Source: Octopus vulgaris
Lineage: Eukaryota
Direction of reading: 5' to 3'
Assembly: GCA_951406725.2 (NCBI GenBank)
Contig: OX597821.1
Location: 100,068,001 to 100,132,000, forward strand
DNA: 64,000 nucleotides
Positions 1-13,730 of this stretch are shown here, in pieces (the first letter of the stretch is position 1; each line of letters starts with the position of its first letter). Below the pieces are notes generated by a model. The model was not told the origin of the DNA, searched no databases, and was given only the letters and a program-made list of their open reading frames with translations. A program made the translations under genes and the position numbers.

Positions 1-9
1 TTATTATTG

Positions 10-63
<54 letters not shown>
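1..63. repeat. (ATT)n microsatellite
   Basis: Direct read. Confidence 0.95.
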
Positions 64-64
<1 letters not shown>

Positions 65-843
65 CAGTTGCTGCTAGAAAGAATAGTACATTGTAACTAC
101 ATCCATCTATTTATGATACTTTATTTCCATAAATATACCATTTGGAAAACAAATAAATAATGAAAAATAAAAAAACGCTCTATGGCGGTGACTATTTTAT
201 AAAAACATAGACCTCTAGAGTTATGCAATCGTTACTTACTCGAAAAAAAGAAAAAACAAAAAAGAAAATATTAGTAAATATTTGCAACGGTATATGTTCC
301 CATAGGATTTGCGTTTTCACACTTTAAATTTTTAATATTATGATATTTATTACTGTGTATTGTGTGAGCGTTATTGAAATGACAAAAACCTTAGTGTAAT
401 GTAGCATGCCTTGCGCAATATCTCGGAATAATTCACTGCAGTTATATTTATACATTTATCCTTCCAGCATCGAATATCACAACGAGAATATATTAAAACT
501 ATTCGTAAAATAACGAAAGCAATATGGATTATATATTCACATTGACGGGTGATTGTGCGGAAATTCGTATAAAGCAGGATGCATAGAATAGCGAAGGTGG
601 ATCCGAAATGGTGGCGATTTGAGAACGATGATATTAATATATTCCTGATTAGCAATACAGCCTTCAGGGTGTCCATTTACTTTTCTAAATCTGAATTTAT
701 TTCTCTTCACGTCTCCTGTCTTTAGTTCTAAACTGAGTATATTACACACAGACACGCACGCACGCACGCACGCACACACACAAATGTATGTCAATATATA
801 TGTATATATAGCCTAAAATGATATCCTATGTACACATACATAA

Positions 844-917
<74 letters not shown>

Positions 918-1100
918 TGGGAGAATTCACGAAAAAAATAAAAGACGAATGCAAGTGATGTAGAAAACAAACAGATGTATTAGTATAACGCTCGGGAATA
1001 GAAAAAGTCTTTAACGTTTCGAGCCTACGCTCTTCCACAGAAAGGAACACAGAAATAAACAAGGAAAGAAAAAATGTGTGTAGTGGCTACCGATCTATCA
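918..1100 (-). mobile_element. Short TA-flanked repeat carrying a degenerate type-I hammerhead (Penelope-like terminal-repeat relic); other copies at 7185-7400 (-) and 13608-13730 (+)
   Basis: Three near-identical copies in the window. Minus strand 1044-1009 reads CUUU-CUGUGGA-A-GAGC(GUAG)GCUC-GAAA-CG-UU-AAAG. Confidence 0.7.
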
Positions 1101-1102
1101 TT

Positions 1103-1145
<43 letters not shown>

Positions 1146-1534
1146 TAGACACCGTAAAAAAGAATGGAGAATTATACATTTTCAAAACTTGTTTATTACA
1201 GCATTCTTCACATTATATTCACGTTAGATTTCAATCCCGAGACGTATTTCTGCTGCATAAATGTCTGAATGTCCCAATATCCCTTGAGGTAGCATTTATA
1301 TGTATTTAGTTGTTACAATTGCATGGTATGTATATCTACGCAGCTTCATTCAAGGTCGTTCTTCGCTGTTTCTTGCAATAAATCAACATTTTTCATGGAC
1401 CCTTGAAATACTATCTTGCTTGCGTTGCCCTACCCCCAAATTTTTATAATGATCCCCTGGGTCCATATAGATCCCGGTTGAGAACCACTGATGTATACAA
1501 TAGTAGAGATTGTCGTGAAATACGACATGGCTCT

Positions 1535-1743
1535 ATTCTTTTATTTGTCCCAGTCATTTGACTGCAGCCATGATAGAGCACCGTCTTGAAGAGTTTTAGA
1601 CGAACAAATCGACAGCGGATTTAATCCTTTAAGCATAGTAACAATTATATCGATATCTTTTGGCAAACCACTAAGTTATGGGGGGCATAAACACACCAAC
1701 ACTGGTTGGTGTGCTTATGCCAAACACAAAGATACACACACAG

Positions 1744-1745
<2 letters not shown>
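1535..1745 (-). mobile_element. 3' part of SINE family B
   Basis: Reverse complement of the family B tail (cagtcatttgactgcagccatg...), followed by (TACA)n. Confidence 0.75.
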
Positions 1746-1774
<29 letters not shown>

Positions 1775-1802
1775 CATACATACATACATACATACACATA
1801 CA

Positions 1803-1836
<34 letters not shown>

Positions 1837-1884
1837 CATACATATAGATGTGTATATGCATGTATATATATATATATAGCAAAA

Positions 1885-2740
1885 ATTTAGATTCAGACGA
1901 ATTAGGTATTTTGAGGCACCAGAATTTAGTACGGTATTATCCATACAGTTTCAAAATAAGGTGATTAAAAGGAAAATAAGTAATAGGATATCCAGAGGTA
2001 ATGCAGTACGATCGTTTCAAGCGACTCCAGTTAATTGAACAATGCAACCATTACATCAATTTGAATGCAGAGTAATCCTCAGCTACATAAATACATAGAA
2101 TTAAATTAAATTAAAACAGATGGACACATCAGTATAATTTTACCTAAAACCTCCAAGAAAGTAAAGAGATAGACAAAGAACATGCTGTCTTCACTTCAGA
2201 TTAGAAGCTACTAAGGTATCAGGAAGAAAGGCTTGTTAGAGATCTGGCTTGTTACTGTTTTTTTTTTTTTGGTGGGGTCAGTTTTAATTTATAGTCTTGT
2301 TTATCAAATTTTTGTATATCAAAAATCTAAGGCCAAGGAACAAGGAGCAGTGTCTGTTAAGAAAGGGGCTGAGGGAGTCGACAGAAATCATAGTGGGTAT
2401 AGTCATAAAACTATCAAGATTAATTTGGAGCAATATAACGAGATTTGGTAAAGGATATCTTAAATCAAGACGTTAGCTGTCAATTAAAGGAGCAAGACTC
2501 TAGTAAAGGAATGACGATAATACGGGGAAAAATTTTATCATGGGGTACTATAGTTGAATATTTTAAACAATATTGCTATACTGTATAAAGTTAAAATTTA
2601 GGGTTATCAAGAAGATTATTAAGAAGAATATTATACCGAGGATAAAATTTTTTTGAATACTTTTGAGTATATACCAAATTTTACCACAATAGAGGGAGGA
2701 AAGAAATTACATAGAAATAGTTTATACATATTATATACTT
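1885..2740 (-). mobile_element. Decayed Penelope-like element 3' end (possible GIY-YIG remnant followed by an HHR)
   Basis: Minus-strand remnants with stops and frameshifts (LYCGK...HDKIFP...SRYIA...FLEVLGKIILMCPSVLI*) loosely fit a PLE GIY-YIG C-terminus. An HHR motif follows at 2087-2002. Confidence 0.5.
2002..2087 (-). ncRNA. Type-I hammerhead-like motif with long stem II
   Basis: UGUAG-CUGAGGA-(57-nt stem II region)-GAAA-CGAUCG-UA-CUGCA. Stem I is 5 bp, stem III is palindromic (ACGAUCGU), cleavage triplet GUA. The stem II junction is imperfect. Confidence 0.55.
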
Positions 2741-3195
2741 AAATATTAACTTATTAGATGGTATCCATGAAGATTTATAAATGTACAATAATAACTACAA
2801 CTAGTAATTTTATATATATTGGTTGGGAAGCAAGTTTCGTAACATACAACAATTTATGCCTATATATTTCGTTTTCTATCAGAAAGTTACAAAGAGTGAC
2901 TCAACTCCTGCATTTGTTAAGTGACATGAACGAAACGCTCGGCCCCTGAATCACTTATATAACTTTCTGCCGATCTAAAAAAGACAAAATAAATATTTGA
3001 AATTTTAACCCAAGACCAGTAGTTACAGGATAAAAAAGTTAAGCTGAATACGGTCCCAGTACTTGAATTGTACAAAATTTTTATGAAACTCGAAAAGATG
3101 AAAGGCAAAGTTGATATTGGTGAGATCTGAACACGGAATGTAAGCAGCTGGGAAAAATGCGATTAGATATTTTGTTCTCTCTCTCTCTCTCTCTC

Positions 3196-3232
<37 letters not shown>

Positions 3233-4259
3233 AACACACACACGCACAAATACGTGTGTGTCTGTGTCTGTGTGTATCTGTGTATCAATACACCAAGTTT
3301 GTACTTTTCCCCTTAATAAGCGTTATCTTGGCGAATTAAATTAATTATAATAATTAACTGCATTAATATGGCGAATACCGTTACATTGCGGTAAGTTATC
3401 GGGTACATGAAATGCGCTTCTGATTGCTCGGGTGATTAATTAGCTCATTAGCTTCACTGACTAGGAAAAGCAATGAACAGCACTAAATCTGATTTCTCTA
3501 TAAGTGTTACTAATCATGATTATAGAAAAAAAATTGTTTTGTACAAATAATATTGTCATTTAGCGTTATAGTAAAGAGAAGACGTGACTCATAAATTTAA
3601 TGTAGAGACTATGCAAACAAATATATATATAAATGAATTAATAACACAATTGAGTTCAGGATTCTACTCTATAATATGATGAAAGATTGACAGAATAAGT
3701 TATAATAAAAAACACAGCAACAGCAACAACGGAAAATACAAGAAAACACAACAAAAACGAAATCAAGAAAATGTAATCTTTTTTCATCACAAGAGCAAAT
3801 ATTTACACGTTTAATACTTCAAACAAAGACAATTTAATCATAAGATATTCCAACATAGTAACACGATGAATAAGATTTAATATGAATATGAATTCATTGC
3901 ACGTTGTATTATTTCTCCGTTTCTCATATTCTCTCTGTTTTGTTTTGTTGTTAGCTTTTATTAATAATAACGAATCGAAACCACTAACTCATGTAGCGAA
4001 GACGAAAATAGCTGTTAATTTTAATATTATGAGATATGAAATGTTTCTTGTTCAATGCAGTTGCTTACGAAACTGTGGAATGTGTGATTATGCTTACATA
4101 TTTAACGCACCGAGGTTATGAAAAGGCTGTTTAGCATCTACTGTCTCATTTCATAAGACAGATATAAAATATAATAAATAAATAATATAACATACGAGGA
4201 TTGTTGAATACAACTATACACCACATCGATAGATTTATATTATTATAACTGACAATATA

Positions 4260-4436
4260 CTACTACCACCACCACCACCACCACAACCAAAACCACCACC
4301 AGCACCACCACCACCACCACAACCAAAACCACCACCAACGCCGCCGCCGCCTCCAAGAAGGTAAGGAGATAGATAAAGAACATGCTGTCTTCACTTCAGC
4401 TTAGAAGCTCCGCCGCCACTGCTACTACTACTACTG

Positions 4437-4482
<46 letters not shown>
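4260..4482. repeat. Compound (CCA)n/(CCG)n/(CTA)n microsatellite with a 60-bp insert
   Basis: Direct read; the insert at 4351-4410 matches 2151-2210. Confidence 0.85.
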
Positions 4483-5111
4483 CAAATTTTGGCACAAGGC
4501 CAGCAATTTCGGGAGGCAAATTAAGTCGATTACATCGACCCCACTGCTAAACTGGTACTCGTTTTATCGACTCCAAAAGGATAAAAAGCATAGTCGACAT
4601 CAGCAGAACTTGAACTCAGAATGTAAAGATGGTCGAAATGCCGCTAAGCATTTTGCCTGCTCACTGTCTAAATAATAATAACAACAACAACAACAACAAC
4701 AATAATAATAATAATAATAATAATAATAATTATAATAACAATTTTTGAATTAAAGGTACAAGGCCTGAAATTTTGATCCCAGTGTTTCACTGGTCCTTAA
4801 TTTATCGACCCCGAAAGGATGGAAGGTAAAATCGACCTCGGCAGAATTGGAACTCAGAACGCAGCGACGGGCGTAATACCTATTTCTTTACTACTCACAA
4901 GGAGCTAAACACAGATAGGACAAATAAGGACAGAAAAACGGATTAAGTCGATTATATCGACCCCAGTACGTAACTGGTACTTATTTAATCGACCCCGAAA
5001 GGATGAAAGGCAAAGTCGACCTCGGCGGAATTTGAACTCAGAACGTAGGGACAGACGAAATACTGCTAAGCATTTCGTCCGGCGTGCTAACGTTTCTGCC
5101 AGCTCGCCGCC
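4483..5111 (-). mobile_element. SINE family A: one partial and one dimeric copy
   Basis: Reverse complement of the head GGCGGCGAGCTGGCAGAAACGTTAGC...GAGTTCAAATTCCGCCGAGG (A/B-box-like); more than 15 copies in the window. Confidence 0.85.
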
Positions 5112-5148
5112 ATAATAACAATAGCAACAACTTCAACAATAGCAGCTT

Positions 5149-6113
5149 AAACCGTTTGTTGAGAGTCACACCACTATCTTCTGGGACTTTATAGTATACT
5201 AGCAGTATCGCCCGGCGTTGCTCAGGTTTGTAAGGGAAATAACTATATAGCATTTTTAGAGAGTTATAGCCAAAAAATAGCAAAAAAATGGAAAAAAATG
5301 ATGGTAAATTTTTTTTTGAGATTTAAAAAAGGTGGAGTTGCGTCCCCTAGACAGTTTGTGGTTCGTATTCCTGATTCTCGACCCCATGTCGAATTTATCG
5401 TTCTTTTTCAGAACTGGGGGAACTTTTCAAAATTTTCGCTGCGTTAGTTTTGAATTATGACATTGGGCTATGTGTGTGTCAAGTTTCATCAGAATCGGTT
5501 GAAAGCCGTGGTCAGGGTGAGGGTACAAGCAAACAGACACACAGAAACACGCACAGACAAACTGCCGTTTATATAGAGAGAGATGTATATACTGATAGCT
5601 TAATTAATGTCAACCGCTGAGATATTGTTGCTACAGAGACCTGCCTTCTTGTAGATATGACAATATCATCTGACGAAAATATACCTGCCAAAGAATATGA
5701 TACACTTAATAAATATAAAGACCTAGAAATAGAAGTTAGAAGGATGAGGCACCTAAAGATGGAAACAATATCAGTCATAATTGGAGCACTAGGAGGTCGT
5801 AAAGCAAACAATCAGTGGCTTCCTTGAAAAAAAAAAAACCCCTGAAAAGTCTAACATATAGGAAACCACCAAATATAGTACTAAATTATGCGGCTCACAT
5901 TACGTAAATTCTTATCCTTGTAATCTATATTCCAAGAACTTTTTCTTTGTCTTCTCTCTGTTATTACTTGAGTCAATAATCAAAGCTGAACAAGACCGGA
6001 ATTTGTATTGAACAGCAACGTTATATTACAGAGCTTGCTCTAGTTTACTGGTTGTCGTTCGGTAGGTTTTTGTTACCAAGCCTATATCAAAACAATAGTA
6101 ATTATGATAATAA
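5149..6113 (+). mobile_element. 3' end of an R4/Dong-type non-LTR retrotransposon (restriction-like endonuclease relic), interrupted by a Helitron
   Basis: KPFVESHTTIFWDF (5149-5190) [Helitron] TDSLINVNR*DIV...CLLVDMTISSDENIPAKEYDTLNKYKDLEIEVRRMRHLKMETISVIIGALG...AHI..KFLSL*. This follows the WDF/NRPDI/KY.DL/GALG motif order of RLE domains and ends in a (TAA)-like tail. Confidence 0.85.
5199..5583 (-). mobile_element. Non-autonomous Helitron, copy 1
   Basis: Minus strand A|TC...hairpin (CCTGAGCAACGCCGGG)...CTAG|T; near-identical to 12073-12453. Confidence 0.8.
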
Positions 6114-6593
6114 TCCTTTCTTTTGTAGGCACAAGGCCTGAAAATTGGAGGAGGGGTATAGACGATTTCACCGACTCCAGTGTATCACTGGTACTTAATT
6201 TATCGACGCAGAAAGGATGAAAAGCAAAGTCGACCGCGGCGGAATTTGAACGCAGAACTTAGCAACAGACGAAATACCTATTTCTTTACTACCCACAAGG
6301 GGAAAAACAAGGACAGACAAACGGATTAAGTCGATTATATTGACACCAGTGCGTAACTGGAACTTATTTAATCGACCCCGAAAGGATGAAAGGCAAAGTC
6401 AACCTCGGCGGAATTTGAACTTAGAACGCAACGGCAGACGAAATATTGCTAAGCATTTTGCCCTGCGCGCTAACGATTCTGCCAGTTCGTAGGCTAGAAA
6501 TAATTATGATAATAATGGCTTCAAATTTTGGCACAAGGCCAGAAAGTTATATCGACCCCAGTGTTCAACTGGTACTTCATTTATCGCCACCTT
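6114..6593 (-). mobile_element. SINE family A dimer plus fragment
   Basis: Matches other family A copies. Confidence 0.8.
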
Positions 6594-7184
6594 AATAATA
6601 ATGATGATGATAACAACAACAACAATAATAATAATAATAATAAAATGCTTTCTAATTGAGAAGAATAATTGCGTAGATTATTCGTAACACATGAGATTCG
6701 AAAACAGGAAATTTCGATAATATTGTGAGAAGAGAAAATTCCAAAAATGAAAAATTGAAGATGAAGAAAATATAAATTTCGAGAAAAAGCATTAAAAATT
6801 TCAATGTAACCATGATATTATGCATGCATTAAAAGCTGAGAAACCCCCGAGAGGTAAAATATAATGAAGCCATTCTCATAGCGGCTTCGCCGTATGATGT
6901 TACAATCACTAATAATTATAGCCGTTATACTTCCCACACAAATAATTTATTTTCAACGATGAAGGCTTACGTGAGACTAGCGTCGTTCTTTTGAAAATGC
7001 AGATAGCAGAAAGTTGGTGCAAATGTTTGCTGCAAGCTTAATGAACTACATACCTAAGGCTTTTCTGTTAGAGCTCTGAATCTCATGGACTAAATAACTT
7101 CGCTACGGCTTTCAGACTAAACCACCCTGGCAGGGAAAAGTGATTACCAAACAAGAAATTTCTAAGTCCTAGTATATATATATA

Positions 7185-7400
7185 GGGAGAATTCACAAAA
7201 AAAAACCAAAAAAAAAAAAACAAAAGACGAAAACAGGTGGTGTAGACAACAAACAGATGTATGAGTATAACGCTCGGGAAGTGAAAGAGTCTTTAACGTT
7301 TCGAGCCTACGCTCTTCTACAGAAAGGAAAACAGAAAGAAACAAGAAGAGAAAATAAAGAATGTGTAGTGGCTAGCGATCTATCATGGCAAAGGCCGGAC
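7185..7400 (-). mobile_element. HHR-bearing TA-flanked repeat, copy 2 (core CUGUAGA at 7326-7291)
   Basis: Near-identical to 918-1100. Confidence 0.7.
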
Positions 7401-7401
7401 A

Positions 7402-7459
<58 letters not shown>

Positions 7460-7467
<8 letters not shown>

Positions 7468-7610
7468 GCTAACAAAATGTGATGATGCCATAGAGGGCGA
7501 TGCTACTGTTGTTTTTATCCCCAGGAGAACGGTGGAGATGCTTTCCTGGGGCTAAAAACAACAGTAGCATCGTCCTCTATGGGACTGCCACATTTAGTTG
7601 GCAATTATAT
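7460..7610. mobile_element. Palindromic MITE/foldback element; related pieces at 8403-8510, 37545-37680 and 37890-37965
   Basis: ccatagagggcgatgctactgttgtttttatccccagga ... tcctggggctaaaaacaacagtagcatcgtcctctatgg inverted arms. Confidence 0.7.
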
Positions 7611-7754
7611 TTTACGATTCCGTTATCCTACTGTTTATTTCTCGCTCTGAGATTTAATATTGCTATAAATATATATGCATAAAAATCATGTAATTTTGTT
7701 AAATATAAATATATATGTATCGTAATTTGGTTATATATATATATATAAATATCA

Positions 7755-8045
7755 AAAATTATTATCGAGTTACAAAACAGAGTGATCTAATGAATAAAAA
7801 TTAATTTATTAATTAATCAAAATATTCACCTATAACTGTTTCATTTCACAAACAAAACCAAAATTACAAAACATATATAAATATATAATTACGCATTTTA
7901 TATATTTATGTATTATATATTTATATATGTTGTATAATTTTAATTTTGTTTGTGAAATGAAACAATTGTTGGTGAATATGTTGATTAATTAATAAATTAA
8001 ATTGCATCCATTAGATCTCTCTGTTTTGTAACTCGATAATAACGT
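7755..8045. repeat. AT-rich long inverted repeat (foldback)
   Basis: ttatcgagttacaaaacagag... mirrored by ...ctctgttttgtaactcgataa; the arms carry a GAAACAATTGTT HHR 3'-half remnant. Confidence 0.8.
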
Positions 8046-8157
8046 TTAATATTTTACGATATTTTATATAATATATTATTCATTGAAGAAACATCTCTTC
8101 AAAATATATTAAACCAGTGTATTTTGAATAAATATCCCTACAAGAGGTTTAAACATC

Positions 8158-8228
<71 letters not shown>

Positions 8229-8279
8229 TTTTTGCATTTGGTTTGCAAGATTTTATGATTTCGTGTGTTGAAGCATAAT

Positions 8280-8866
<587 letters not shown>

Positions 8867-8868
<2 letters not shown>

Positions 8869-9430
8869 CGGTAATGTTGAGAGAGATGTAAGCTGCAGGA
8901 TTGGCAAGACTAACAACACTTTGGTGTAGCAATAATATAAGTATAAATCTGAAGATTCGTCTGTACAGAACGATAATACTGCCCATAGCAATCTATGCAC
9001 CTGGGATCTGGAAGATGACACCAAAAGTCGCCTGCCAACTCGACGTATATCATCAGAAGTGCCTCAAATAGACCTCAAGAATCAATAACTGAAGCAGAGT
9101 GACAAATCAAGCCATTCTCCAAGCAGCAAGAAGAAGGTCCTTGCATGCAATTGTAATCGAACGTCGACTGAGAATGGTTGGAAGCATAGAGGAGAAGCTT
9201 GCCAAAGGAGAGGCTTGCCAGAGGAGAGGCTTGCCAGAGAAGAAGCTTGCTAAAACAGTCATGGGCTGGATGCTGGAAAGGATGAGGAAAAGAGACCGGT
9301 CAAGGAAGATATGGCGTAGTACCTTCCACCTAGAAAGAAGCGTGTTGGTTGGCCAGAGAAGGATACAACTGGCGATCACTGACTGCCTGATGTGCCGCTA
9401 AAAGGCACCAACTGACCTAAGAAAAAGAAG
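8867..9430 (+). mobile_element. RTE-clade LINE 3' fragment (decayed RT C-terminus)
   Basis: GNVERDVSCRIGK...LKIRLYRTIILPIAIYAPGIWKMT...LDVYHQKCL...RVTNQAIL...ERRLRMVG...LAKTVMGW...RKRDRSRKIWRSTF, typical RTE C-terminal motifs with stops. Confidence 0.85.
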
Positions 9431-9442
9431 AAAAAATATATA

Positions 9443-10244
9443 TCTAATATAATAAATGCGACAACTAATTTCTGTGTGTCAGTGTGTCACACTTCGACCC
9501 CTTCTCTCACTATTAATTGACACTTTTACCATTGCTCATGCTGCAGTGAGTAATAGTAGGCATAGAGGCGGTGAAGGCGGTGGCGAAGACAGAGAGAGAG
9601 AGAGAGAGAGAGAAAATGAAAAAGAGAAAGAAAGAAATTTAGGGAGAGTTGATGATGTTTTTATTAAAAGCAGTAGTGTTGATGGTGGTAGTGAGAGAAG
9701 TAATAAGAAAGATTGGGTATGTGAGAGAAAGAGGGACTGAACACTGAACCAACATACTGAACTAACATACTGAACAAACATTCTGAACACAAATCTTTTA
9801 CACTCACATTTACCCTTTTGTAATGGTAATGGGGTGGTAGTAATAGTATGAACTGTAGTTGTGATGGAGGCAGAGACGGCGGTGATAATGGTGGTGATGG
9901 TAGTGGTAGCTGAAGGTGGTCAGGGTGACGGTGAGAGTAAGTGATGTGAAAGACAGTGGTGATGATGGAGGAGGGGAAGGCGGCGAAGTCAAATGTATTG
10001 ATGGTGGTGGAATCAGAAGTGTGAACGGTGTGTGTATGGCAATTGTGGTAGCGATGGTGATGGTACTGTTGTTTATCATGCAGCTTTGCAATAAGTCGAC
10101 AAATTATATCATTGTTTTGATAAAAATTGTTCATTGCTTGAAAAATATTGTTCAGGTTTAATAAAGTTTAATATGGACTCAATGTATGAAGTGTCATTGT
10201 TGGGCCCAAGGCCTAGTGAAGAGCCCTTCACAGGAGCTAGCTAG
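9443..10244 (+). mobile_element. Probable non-autonomous Helitron (second family) with internal GA/GGT simple repeats
   Basis: A|TCTAATATAATAAA start; subterminal hairpin GTGAAG-AGCC-CTTCAC (10216-10231), then CTAG|T at 10241-10245. Confidence 0.55.
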
Positions 10245-10268
10245 TATATATATGTATATATATGCGTG

Positions 10269-10308
<40 letters not shown>

Positions 10309-10547
10309 AATGTAGGATAAAAGTTTTTTCGAAAAAAATTTTATCAATGGCCAGCATATTAAAAAATACCTTTAACGGTTAAATTTATCTCACTCTGTGC
10401 GAGCATCAGTTCAAATCGCACGTGTCTCGAATGGGCTGGAGTATTTCTAATTTGGATGTATTTGGGGTACTTAGTTGTGCCCATGACTTAGTATTTGCTT
10501 CTTCAATGGGTATGAGTAAGTATCTCATTTATTTCTTTTGCCACATG

Positions 10548-10605
10548 TATCACTGACGAAGAGAGGGCTCTTAGTAGCTAACTCTGAAATCGGTCCGATA
10601 TGGTA
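10548..10605 (+). ncRNA. Type-I hammerhead ribozyme with intact core, inside a TA-flanked element (~10306-10757)
   Basis: UAUCA-CUGACGA-AGAG..GCU(CUUAGU)AGC..CUCU-GAAA-UCGG-U-CCGA-UA/UGGUA. Stem I is 5 bp, stem III is quasi-palindromic, predicted cut after 10600. Confidence 0.75.
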
Positions 10606-10754
10606 ATAATGGAACTTTTAAAAAATTTCTGTCGACCTTTTTTCGAGTAGCGTGCGTATTGTGAAAAAAAAAATTATATGGTTAATGGACAATATGTCCA
10701 ATTTTTCGGTATATTTGGCATTAGAAATTTTTTCCTTTGCCCTCATTTATGACT

Positions 10755-10823
<69 letters not shown>

Positions 10824-12072
10824 GTGCAGAAATATCATGTAGTCTGGATGGTCGTTGACTTTACTGAGTTCATTTGACGGGTCTTGTTTTTCATCCAGCG
10901 GAGTGTACATAAGCCACCCTAATCTCCAACCAGCCTTGCTCATATTGCCGGCTTATCTGCCGACAATCAAACTATGCAACAGGTTAAATTGGATTACACG
11001 TTACCCGAAGCCCTCATGACCGTCCTGACATACATACACCCCACCATATACATAGCGTGTCTTGGGAAGGTCATTACGCCAGTAATAACACACGCACTGG
11101 TGTTTTATTATTGGCATAGGTACCCCCGCGAAACAATTTTTTTTCAACACACGAATTGAAGTCAAGAATCTTGCAATCCAAATACAAAAAAAAAGCAGTT
11201 TGTGTGTGTGTGTGTGTGTTTGTGTGTGCATGTGTGTGTGTTTTTATTGTATGCTAACTACCTGATAAAAATCATTAACGTGATTTTATCCTTATATTCT
11301 AGTATGAATTAATGCGTGTATTTGTGTGTGTGCGCGTGTGTGTGTGCCTGTGTGTGTGTGTGTGCGTACGTGCTTTTCCCAACATCACTGTTTGACAACC
11401 GGTGCTGGTTTGTTTGCGTCTCCGTTGGTTGCAAAAGAGGTTGATAGATTTTCAGAAAATAAATATTAGATTCTATCGGTACATCTGAACCTTTCTAGGC
11501 GATGCCCCCGCATGACCGCGCTCTAGTGCCTGAAAAACGTGAAAAGTCAAAGATATGTCTGAAACCAGTATATACACTTTATTCATAACGAGACAACATT
11601 TGTGTTAGAGAGATGTGACAACTACGTCTCATTTATCGAGCGAATTTGCACCTTGAGAATAATATTCCAGTTTTTAGTGACATATTCTCTTTGTATTTGG
11701 TAAATGTGTGTTTCTACAGAGGAATTACACTAGGAATTTAACAACCTCCCTGAAACACTTGGAGGACGGGTGGAAATAGATAAGCAGGGATATTTTACAC
11801 ACACATTCGAAAGAAAATTTAATGAAGGAGAAAACAACTGGTGGTTTAAACAGCTACAACGCAAACGTTGACACCTTCCTTCACTCTTATGTTTTGACTT
11901 CATCTTTTTCATTTATACATACTTGCATGCACACACACACACACACACAGACACTCACACACACACATATTAATTCATACTAGAATATAAGGATAAAATA
12001 ACGTTAATGATTTTTATCAGGTAGTTAGCATGCAATAAAAATTTATCGGTAATTTATACATTAAATTGATAA

Positions 12073-12453
12073 TCTCTCTATATATAAACGGCAGTTTGTC
12101 TGTGCGTTTTCTGTGTGTCTGTTTTTTCGTACCCTCACCCTGACCACGGCTTTCAACCGATTCTGATGAAACTTGACACACACATAGCCCAATGTCATAA
12201 TTCAAAACTAACGCAGCGAAAATTTTGAAAAGTTCCCCCAGTTCTGAAAAAAATCGATAAATTCGACATGGGGTCGAGAATCAGAAACCCAAACCACAGA
12301 CCGTCTAGGGGATGCAACTCCACCTTTTTTAACTCTAAAAAAATTTACCATCATTTTTTTCCCATTTTTTGCTATTTTTTGGCTATAACTCTCTAAAAAT
12401 GCTTTATAGTTATTTCCCTTACAAACCTGAGCAACGCCGGGCGATACTGCTAG
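12073..12453 (+). mobile_element. Non-autonomous Helitron, copy 2
   Basis: A|TCTCTCTATATATAAACGGCAG...CCTGAGCAACGCCGGGCGATACTG-CTAG|T: TC start, subterminal hairpin, CTAG end, AT target. Confidence 0.8.
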
Positions 12454-13126
12454 TTATATATATATGTATATAATTATATTAAGGGAAATAGGTCGTTTTT
12501 TTAACCCTTGCTCCCTTAATATAATTATACACACATATATATATATAATTATTAATTTTATTATATATACAACCTTGAGCCAACGAATCAGTAAAGAGAC
12601 CCTCTTTATTACAAAATACAGACCCCTTTTGAATGTGTCTACAACAAACGACATATCCACCACGGCCTTAGAATAATACACATATACACGCAAATATTTA
12701 AAATTATACACTCAAGAGATTCCCAAGAATTCATTAAAAAACAGTCCCAATCACTGCTATAATCCATAACGAGCCAACTTTAAGTCATTTGACTCTTGAA
12801 CACCTTACTACTTCCATACTGGCTATATTTCTTCTTCTTCTTCTTCTTCTTCTTCTTCTTCTTCTTCTTCGCTACCAAGAATTCCCAACGACCTCAAACC
12901 CACAAGAGTAAACAAGAGAGACAGAGAGAGGCAGAAACAAGGAAAATGCCACTTATTTTTGAACACTATGCAAATATTCTTTTATAAAAAAAATCTTTTC
13001 TTTTAATTTTTCCAAAATTTAATTATTTTCCATATTTACAGTTGAAAAAGTCGCAATGAGTGAAAGCGGTACTGAAATGTTTTTTTATAAATTTAATTTA
13101 GCATTTTCTATCTTGACTTTTTTTCT

Positions 13127-13181
<55 letters not shown>

Positions 13182-13182
13182 A

Positions 13183-13217
<35 letters not shown>

Positions 13218-13238
13218 TATATATATATATATATAGTG

Positions 13239-13580
13239 AAGGCGCGTGGCTCAGTGGTTAGAGCGTCGAGCTTACGATCGTGAGGTTGTGAGCTCGAATC
13301 CCCGACCGGGCTGCGTGTTGTGTTCTTGAGCAAGACACTTTATCTCACGTTGCTCCAGTTCACTCAGCTGTAGAAATGAGTTGCGACGTCACTGGTGCCA
13401 AGCTGTATCGGCCCTTGCCTTTCCCTTGGACAACATCGGTGACGTGGAGAGGGGAGGCCGGTATGCATGGGCGACTGCTGGTCTTCCATAAAAAAAAACA
13501 ACCTTGCCCAGACTTGTGCCTCAGAGGGTAACTCTCTAGGTGCAAACCCATGGTCAGTGTCTGACCGAAGGCGGTCACCA
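13239..13580 (+). mobile_element. tRNA-derived SINE family C (CORE-like centre)
   Basis: GGCGCGTGGCTCAGTGGTTAGAGCG...CTCGAATCCC tRNA head, then TGTGTTCTTGAGCAAGACACTT. Confidence 0.85.
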
Positions 13581-13607
13581 CCATATATATATATATATAT
13601 ATATATA

Positions 13608-13730
13608 TGGAAGAGCGTAGGCTCGAAACGTTAAAGACTTTTTCACTTCCCAAGCGTTATACTAATACATCTGTTTGTTGTCTACACCACCTGTCTTCGT
13701 CTTTTGTTTTTTTGTGTGAATTCTCCCCAT
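13608..13730 (+). mobile_element. HHR-bearing repeat, copy 3, truncated within the core
   Basis: tggaagagcgtaggctcgaaacgttaaagac after (TA)n. Confidence 0.65.

Noticed and set aside
371-676. 101-aa minus-strand ORF with a hydrophobic stretch, as a possible next exon
   Set aside because: No FRQxW or WxPDT receptor motifs and weak splice signals; unsupported
1400-1490. hAT-like terminus (GTTGAGAACCACTG); a similar hint occurs at 62385-62425
   Set aside because: Only one end, no TSD or partner TIR; too weak to annotate
13239-13312. tRNA-like sequences here and at 16220, 24258, 28347 and 48765 as tRNA genes
   Set aside because: Acceptor stems are broken and each continues into a repeat body; these are SINE heads
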